From NCBI GenBank assembly GCA_951406725.2, contig OX597823.1, positions 106,020,001 to 106,084,000 of the forward strand: a DNA stretch of 64,000 nt, given 5' to 3'. The translations under genes were made by a program, and so were the position numbers. Positions 55,578-64,000 of this stretch are shown piece after piece. The notes under the pieces were generated by a model. That model saw only the letters and a program-made list of their open reading frames with translations. It searched no databases and had not been told where the DNA came from. This DNA comes from Octopus vulgaris (taxonomy: Eukaryota). Position 1 is the first letter of the stretch. Each line of letters opens with the position of its first letter.

Positions 55578-57443
55578 CAAGCAGATAGACTTACAGATAG
55601 ATAGAGACAGAGATAAAGTGTGAGCGATAGTGAGTGAATACAAAGTATGGTGCGAGGTGTGCCGCGCGATGTTGTGTGTATGTTGTAGTGTGATGATGTG
55701 GCATGAGGTGGGGCGGTGTGTTACGAAGTGTTGTGCTGTGGTGTTGAGCTGTGTGCGACGGTGTGGTGTACGGCTCTGAGCAGAATCTGATGTATTTGTT
55801 GAAAAGCTGGCTGTCATTAAAGGGGAGGAAACTGTAATTCAGATACACAGTAAAATTTAATGAAATTTATTTAGTGTAATTAGTCCGTGACCGACAAGTA
55901 ATTTGATTCAATTAAAAGTGGAATTTTTCCAGTCAGATGACAAAAAGATTGTATTCAATGAAATGACACCTTCCGTTGATGCCAATTGTAAAATCGCTGC
56001 TATATGGCAGAGTGGAAGAGCGTTGGCAAGCTAATTAAATTTCTGTTCAACTTAAATTTAATGATGTACACATAGAAATTAATTGAATTCCCATATGTGG
56101 GAAGTCCTTCATCCCCTTCACTTCATCCGTTCACCCACCTCCATCTTTCTTCGTTAAGTCTTTTTTTTTCTTTTTTTCTTTTGATTGTTTTTTTTACATT
56201 GTTGCTGTTCTGGTTGTTATAGTTGATGATGGTGTTGTTCTTTCTTGTTACTGATGTTGTTACTAGTTGATGTTGACTGTGTCTGTGATAGTGAGGATGA
56301 CACTGAAGGTGGTGTTGGTGGTAGTGGGGGTTGGTGGTTGTTTATATCGTTGATTTTGTTGTTGTTGATTATGATGGCAATGATGATAACGCTAGTATTA
56401 TTGTTGTTATTATTTAAACCAGGGTCACTTCACGTCAAGCAATCCTGTGATCAAAGCACTTCTAATCTCGGCTATTCTTAATTTTTTTCCAAACATGGTA
56501 TACTGCGGACAAACTTATGCAATGAATCATTTCATAAAGCGTTAAAGTTTGGTTCGAGGCATATTTGGCCACTGTTGTTAGTTTCTCTAATTCTCTATAA
56601 CTGATCTAGAGAAGTCGAAAGTAATTAGACATGATTCTTACGCACAATTCGCAAAATCAGTGAACAGTATCAGGTTTCTAAACATCACTTTTAAGACATA
56701 AAGATGTGATCTGAGAGAGATTAGACTGCTATTTTCGGTGATGATCCCGACCTCGTTGAGAAGAAGTGAGGAGCGCCTCGTCTACAGGGGTAATAGCACA
56801 CGTTTTCAAATTCGAAACCGTACGCTAAGGAAGTCTTAAAAGAAAACAAACTATAAAAGAAACTACTTTACACTTAATTACCAAAAATACACATTTTATG
56901 TTACATTTTTAGACATGTAATATTAAAAATTCATTACTTATTTCTTTTCTCAGCATTAATACAGAGGATTTTATACATTCACAATTCATATTCAGCCTAG
57001 ATGTCTTTCAATTTATGCAGGGGCTCATCTTGTCGCCTATTGTTATTCTGGTTTAGTTTCAGGTCAAACCTAATCAACCATACTTGTAGATGTACGACTA
57101 AAGGCATTCTAGGCGTGACAATTTCGTCGAACGGACTAAATTGTTCAGAGCTTACCATTTTTTTTAATTGGTGAAGGAGATTTAATATCTATTTCAAGAC
57201 AATCAATCGATCACGTGCTGTATGCGTGGTATTATTAACATTCTCAACGACGACAGCGATGACAACGATTATAATGATGATGATGATGATGATGATGATC
57301 ATCATCATCATCATCATCATAGTCATTCATGATGATGAAGATTACGATGTCGATTATAATCCCGGTGATAAGTTTGGGGTTTTTGTTGTGGTCATTACTG
57401 TTACGGTTGTGTTTGTGCAGCAGCAGCAGCAGTAGTAGCAGTG

Positions 57444-57483
<40 letters not shown>

Positions 57484-58125
57484 TAGTAGTGGTAGTAGTG
57501 GTAGTGGTGGTAGTGGTGGTGGTGGTAGCAGCAGTAATAGTAGTAGCAGCAACAGTAGTGATAGTACTTGTAGTATCAGCAGTAGTAAAAGTAGTAGTCG
57601 TAGTAGTAGTAGTAGTAGTAGTCACAGCAGCAGCAGCAGTTGTTGTTGTAGTGGAGGCATATGTTGTTATGGTAGTGGGTGTGAGATGTTCTAATGCTGC
57701 CTCCTTATGTTTTGTTGTTGCCTGAGATCAGTTCTTCTCAAGATCTGGGATCAAAGACAATCACTGCCACGTCCATGCTTAATTTTGTGATGGCAGGGTG
57801 AGTTTTGAAGGTAAATCGGTTACTGTATCTAGCAGATCAAGCGGCCAAGCAGAGGCAACCTCTCTCAAGACACGATCGTTCATTCAGCTTCTTTTAGCTG
57901 TCGTCGACAGGAACGAGACGAGGACAATGATGATGATTCTGTTTACGACGGCGATGATGACCATGATTATGATGATGATGATGATGATGATGATGGTGGT
58001 GGTGATGGTGGTGGTGGTGAGGATGATGATGATATCGATGATAAAGTGAGCGGTTATGGAAAACTTACAATATGCGAGCAACAATTTTAGTGGATGTGTG
58101 GACGGCGACGACGACGAAGTTTTAG

Positions 58126-58129
58126 AGAA

Positions 58130-58164
<35 letters not shown>

Positions 58165-59100
58165 AGAAGAAGAAGAAGAAGAAGAAGAAGAAGAAGAAGA
58201 AGAAGATGATGACGAGGAAGAAGACAGCGAAGAAGAAGAAGAAGAAGAAGAAGAAGAAGAAGAAGAAGAAGAAGAAGAAGAAGAAGAAAAAGAAGAAGAA
58301 GAAGAAGAAGAAGATGACGAGGAAGAAGGAGGAGAAAAAGAAGAAAAAAGAAGAAGAAAAAAGAAGAAGGATAAGAAGAAGATGATGATGATGACGAGGA
58401 AGAAGGAAAAGAAGAAGATGAAGAGAAAGAAAATGATGAAGAAGAAGAAGAAGAAGATGAAGAAAAAGAAAATGAAGAAGAAGAAGAAGATGAAGAAAAA
58501 GAAGATGAAGAAAAAGAAGAAGAGGAAGAAGGAGAAGATGAAGAGAAAAAATGAAGGTGAAGAAAAAGAGGAAGAAAAAGAGGAAGAAAAAGAAGATGAA
58601 GAAAAAAGGAGAAGATGAAGAAGATGAAGAAGGAGAAGATGAAGAGAAAAAATGAAGGTGAAGAAAACGAGGAAGAAGAGGAAGAAAAAGAAAATGAAGA
58701 AAAAGAAGAAAAAGAAAGTGAAGAAGTAGTAGTTGTCAAAGAAGAAGAAGAAAACGAAGAAGAAGAAAAAGAAGAAGAAGAGGAAGTAGAGGAAGAAGGA
58801 GAAGTGGAAGGAGGAGAAGATGAAGAAGAAATAAAAGATGAAGAAAAAGAAGAAGAGGATGAAGAAAACGAAGATGAAGGAGATGAAGAAAATGAAGAAG
58901 AAGAAGATGAAGAAGAAGAAGAAGAAGAAGAAGAAGAAGAAGAAGAAGAAGATGATGATGAAGAAGAAGAAGATGAAGAAGAAGAAGCAGAAGAAGAAGA
59001 GACGGTGACAAGAAGAAAGAGAGGTAGAAGGAAAAGGCAAAGGAAGATGAAGAAGAAACGGGAGGAGAAAGAGAAGGAAGAAGTAAAGGACAAGGTGAGG
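58126..59100. repeat. About 1-kb purine-rich (GAA/GAG/GAT)n low-complexity tract
   Basis: Direct reading; poly-E/K ORFs switch frame and lack complexity. Confidence 0.9.
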
Positions 59101-59513
59101 TATTGTGACGATGACAACGAGGACAACGACAAAGACGACAGCGATGTTGACTATGATGATGATGATGGTGTTATTGCTGGAGATGTTGATGAGGATGGTA
59201 AAAGCGATGATGGTGATGCATCGCTTGTGACAATTTTCTCCAATAATTTCTGCTTTGATTCCTGGTTTTCAAATATAAATTTTTAATTAATTTTAAAAAG
59301 TCTAATGGAATCAAAGACTACAAAATAACGTTTAATATTTATATGTATGCTTAGATGCGTAAACGCGTAAGTATTTATTTCTATAAACATTCACTTCCTA
59401 TTACACACTCTCACACGAACACTTGCATACACAGATTTATAGCTCTCTCTCTCTCCCTCTCCCTCTACGCACAAACGCATATACACATATACACACACGT
59501 ATATATATATATA

Positions 59514-59573
<60 letters not shown>

Positions 59574-59644
59574 GTACATATATGTAGCATGTGTGTATGT
59601 ATATGGACAAGCACATATATATATATATAAATTTATATATATAC

Positions 59645-59713
<69 letters not shown>

Positions 59714-59789
59714 TGCGTATGCATGTATGCGTGACGTGTGAATGTGTGTGTGTGTATGTGTGTGTGTATGTGTAAGTGTGTGCATGTGT

Positions 59790-60220
59790 TAAAACCATTC
59801 AATAGAATCGCCGAATTTACTTACTCGTCCTCTCCTGACTGCAACCAGTTTCTTTCCGCTTCCAACAGGAAACGCCTGAACGTACTTATACCAAATCCAT
59901 TCGAAATAATTGTCTACTAAAATATGACTGCTCACTTATGGTCATCCTCTAATAAGCACTAAGTCTTCCACTACATCGGTATGACATCGGTTCTACAACG
60001 GTATGACATCCAACCATTATAAGTTACTAAACAATTCTCTGTATTCTTCTTCTAGATATTCCCGTCCATCAACTGAAACTTCTTTAGCTAAGTATGTCTA
60101 CGACTTAAATCTTCTAACCTCCTGGGGCACTAGATTCTGTCTCAAAAAGACAAAGCTCTTTTTCGAGTCATATAAACCCATTAAGCCGGTTTTCCGGTTT
60201 CTCTGGTGTATATATTGACC
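59790..60220 (+). mobile_element. Highly decayed Naiad-like PLE endonuclease region
   Basis: [22 protein letters not shown] (cf. K.SYSC.PN...I..HN.K.L), HYIGMT, TETSLAKYVYDLN (cf. T.LSKY.W.LK). Confidence 0.5.
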
Positions 60221-60224
60221 CACT

Positions 60225-60400
60225 GGTCCAGACACCGGTTCACCGCAGGATTACTCAGTTTTGGCAGCTGAATGGACTGGAGCAACGTGAAATGAAGCGT
60301 TTTGCTCAAAAACACAAGGCTTTGTCCAGTCCAGGAGTCGAAACCACAGACGTACGATCATCAGTCCCATACCCTAACCATTAAACCACACATCTCCACT
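60225..60400 (-). mobile_element. tRNA-derived SINE 5' part
   Basis: Minus strand: gtggtttaatggttagggt...gtttcgactcc...ttgtgtttttgagcaaaacgcttcatttcac. Confidence 0.65.
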
Positions 60401-60436
60401 AGATTCTATCGCATCATACATCTATCTATCTGTCTG

Positions 60437-60523
<87 letters not shown>

Positions 60524-61623
60524 ATTTATATACGTACATACATACATGCATATATGCACAGGTACATGTGCATACAAGCACGTATAGTACGTTAGATATG
60601 GAACGCCTTTCCGTTCTACAATCTTATATTAATTCCAAAACTTTGTTCAAGTTTAATCTTTCCGTTTTTTTTTCTTTTTCATATATCTTATTGGTCCGTT
60701 AGGTTTCGTTGGGAACGATAACATACTTAATTCTATTTGTTTGGCAAACTCGGCCTCATCTCTCAATTGAAGTATTGATAGCGGCGCGTTGCTCCTGCGT
60801 ATTGAAGTAGACAGCAAAATATAGAATTGATGCTATGATTAAATTCTGTCGAGGTCGACTTTGCTTTTCATCTTTATGACGTTCATAAAGTAAGTACCAG
60901 TCAAGTGCTGGCGTCGTTAAGTGGCTGAGCTTGCAATCCGAGTTAATTTTCTATTTTCTGGATGTTTTAAAACGACTCCCAGTTATACATAATGCTGCAT
61001 TGGGACATACTCACCTTCAAGCTTTATTCCCTACAGGGAGTGACTTCTTTGAACTGCGATGTGTGTATGGGATGTAGGCTTGACTGTTTTGGTGAAGGAC
61101 TGTTTGGGTTCAGTTTGTAACTATGTACTTCCAGGTGCTATCCGACGGCGCGAGTATCTTGCACCACAGCCTCAAGTCCACAAAAGTATGAAAATTGTTA
61201 CACGGTAACAGTATAGAAGACTGTCTAAAGAATATTTCTTGTTCTTGGGTGATAAACTTATTCTGTTGTCCACTATGGAAGACCACCTAACCCTTGGGGA
61301 TATTTAGCAAAGCGCAAACTATTACAAATATGCGAGCCAAGTGTATAGTTTGCAGGTAATTTCTCCAATTGCCCACCAGCGTTGATGGCCCCTGCCTGGC
61401 AAGGGTCATGAAGCTGCTCTTCCTACTCTAAATGAGCCAACAAAAGCATATTGGGAAGACGGTATATTTCTCTTCAGTGAGTGTTATGCAACTCATATTT
61501 GTTTCGTCGTTCAGTAACGATCACAGTAGCTAACGGTTCAGCATGAATTAAAAGTATGGATTGAAGCGCTGTCACTATTCATGACTAGATTTTGTCATTT
61601 CACCAGGTTGCTCCATTGTTATG

Positions 61624-61699
<76 letters not shown>

Positions 61700-61705
61700 C
61701 TGTGT

Positions 61706-61754
<49 letters not shown>

Positions 61755-61898
61755 CACAGTTATTCCTACCTCAGTTCATCTAATTGTATATATATGTCGT
61801 TATCTTTCATAAAAACCCTTTACAATGTGCATTTCCGTTGACTTTTCTTACTTTCCCCTTACAATACCACGTGTAGTTTCTATTTTCTTTTTGTAACA

Positions 61899-61954
<56 letters not shown>

Positions 61955-61993
61955 AATATATGTGTGTGTGTGTGATATAGAGACATATATATG

Positions 61994-62048
<55 letters not shown>

Positions 62049-63179
62049 TATATAAAAGCACACATACACGTATACACTGCAAGCAAGAATGTGCATGTAG
62101 ACATATGTGAATATAGATACATATATATATATGAATATGCGGCAAGAGGGGAGAGTGAGAGAAAGAGCGCTAGAGAAAGGGAAAAGAAAGGGTTATAGAG
62201 AGAAAGAAAGTGACAGACAGTAGAGTGTTTGAAGACCAACGAGAGTAAAATTTAATTGAATTTTGTCGTATACTTTAATTATTACCTTATATAATTAGCA
62301 TCTTCAGTTGAAATTCAAATTAAGAAATTAAAATTTACAACAAATCGATAAAACATTTTGTAAAATATTTCTAAATACTGAATTATAAAAATTGATTAAT
62401 AAATATTTTTCAGCGCAACGAACGTTTCACACCTTATATTATTATACACACATGTATATATACGCACACATACATACGTACGTAAGTTCATACATTCATA
62501 CATAAATACACATTCATATTTATGTATACACGCGCACACACATACGTATAAGTATTTATATATGTATGTATATACTTACATATACATATATCCACACGTA
62601 CACACATATGTGTGTGTGCGTATGCATGTATATATAATTGACTATTTCGTTATTAGTGGGATCAGCTGAAAAGTTGTCCACCAGTGAAGGATATATTTTC
62701 CTTAATATACACATAATTTAAATTCAAGCTAGTGTTAGTTTCAGGCTGTGGAAACACTATAAACTAACAATCAAACTTTCAAACTCAAATATACAGCTTA
62801 GATGATACTTTTTTGAAAATAACGAGAAAAGGTGGTGGTCTTTGAGAGAACATGGGGGGGGGGACTAGAAGGAGCTAAAGTCAAAAAGTGGAGAGAGAGA
62901 AAAAGCAAAAAATAAAATGGAGTGGGGGGAAGAAAAGGAAAAAAACTCAAGAGCTACGACCTTTTCTCGTTCAAATCAGTATAGATGTGCATGGTGTTCG
63001 AACCAGAATTAATATTGTTGGTGTATATTAATTTTACAAGAAGAAGATCAAATTCTGTGAAACTGCAAAGCTCAACCCGGAGAAGGTGGTGTCCGACAGT
63101 TCAGCAAAAGATATTTGTTCATTTCTTTTATCTTTCGTCTTTTATTTGTCTTAACCATTACACACCAGAACTTGTTTTT

Positions 63180-63505
63180 TAAAGCCTGTCGTTTATTTCA
63201 ACGGTTTCTATTGCCAAATTACTAAGGTACGGGGACGTAAACACGCCAGCACCGGTTGTCAAGCAGTTGTGGGGGGCAAACATAAGCACAAAGACATACA
63301 CACTGACACGCGCGTACACATGCAAACACACGCACACAAACAAACACACACACACATACGACGAGCTTCTTTCATTTTCCACCCAGAAAGCTTTGACCGG
63401 CCTGAGGCTATTGTAGAAATCATTTGCACAAGGCGTCACACAGTGGGATCGAAATCAGAACCTTGTGGTTGGAAAGCAAAATTCTGACCACAGAGCCACT
63501 CACGT
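63180..63505 (-). mobile_element. SINE family A, diverged
   Basis: acggggacgtaaacacgccagcaccggttgtcaagc...gaaccttgtggttggaaagc. Confidence 0.85.
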
Positions 63506-63519
63506 GCTTATATATGTTT

Positions 63520-63900
63520 ACATTTAAGAAGAATTTCTGATCTGGAATTCTTAAATCTAACAAGAAATGAGATTTTTCGGCTAAACAAAGCCTGCATCTT
63601 TGTGATTCATTGAAATATAGCATGCATCGCTCCACGATGCTCCATCCGATAGTATGATGTACAGATTCCATTTATAGCGAGCAAACTTTTATGGCTTTCT
63701 TCTGATCTACATGTGGGAAAGAAGAACGATGGTTGCATATCTGTTTTTAAAATTACTTTCTCATAAACCAATGTAATTTTTCTTTCGAGATTTATTATAT
63801 TGGAACGTTGTTATGGCTTCGGCTTCAAAACCCACTGAGCTGATCATGCATGTCAGGTCGAATAGGAAAGCTTCTGGGTCTCAACAGTTATACCTTGGAG
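63520..63900 (-). mobile_element. Naiad-like PLE GIY-YIG endonuclease remnant
   Basis: Minus strand: YNC*DP...ENYIGL*ESNFKNRY/NHRSSF...IGWSIVERCMLYFNESQRCRLCLAEKSHFL...FLN (cf. YIG.TE..FK.RY.NH..SF and W.I....Y....C.LC..EK). Confidence 0.75.
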
Positions 63901-64000
63901 TGGGATCCCCGTATGACATTTCTATATCAACAATATCCTTGCTATACATTTATTGCAAATCACATTACATTTAATCTCTATTTCCCTGGTGTTAATTTTA

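Noticed and set aside
58056-59286. Acidic Glu/Lys-rich ORFs resembling a nucleolin- or neurofilament-like protein
   Set aside because: Degenerate (GAA)n tract with frame switching and no unique domain.
63875-63895. In-frame TGA next to a Cys motif in the Naiad-like remnant as possible selenocysteine (some Naiads encode selenoproteins)
   Set aside because: The TGA falls at the Arg position of the CNCR-like motif (likely CGA-to-TGA decay), the copy has other stops and frameshifts, and no SECIS is evident.

Overview
Gene-poor, microsatellite-saturated eukaryotic DNA. The SINE families and repeat landscape suggest an octopod cephalopod (inference from recalled repeat families). I found no supportable host protein-coding exon: almost all ORFs in the track are translations of simple repeats. 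The dominant feature is a young, near full-length Penelope-like retroelement of the Neptune type (about 23613-28471, +). It has an RT + Cys-linker + GIY-YIG ORF broken only by indels in C-rich runs, and near-identical direct pseudo-LTRs that each carry a minimal hammerhead ribozyme with a non-canonical core (CUGUUGA). The window also holds three other hammerhead-like motifs in orphan repeats and remnants of other Penelope-like lineages (a second Neptune type, two Naiad-like). Other retro-inserts include an unspliced pre-tRNA-Lys(UUU) with a 17-bp target-site duplication, an R4/Dong-type LINE end stacked with other inserts in (TAA)n arrays, and RTE and Hero-like remnants. There are also a mariner remnant and many tRNA-derived SINEs. 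All alignments and folds were done by eye, so boundaries of old repeats are approximate.
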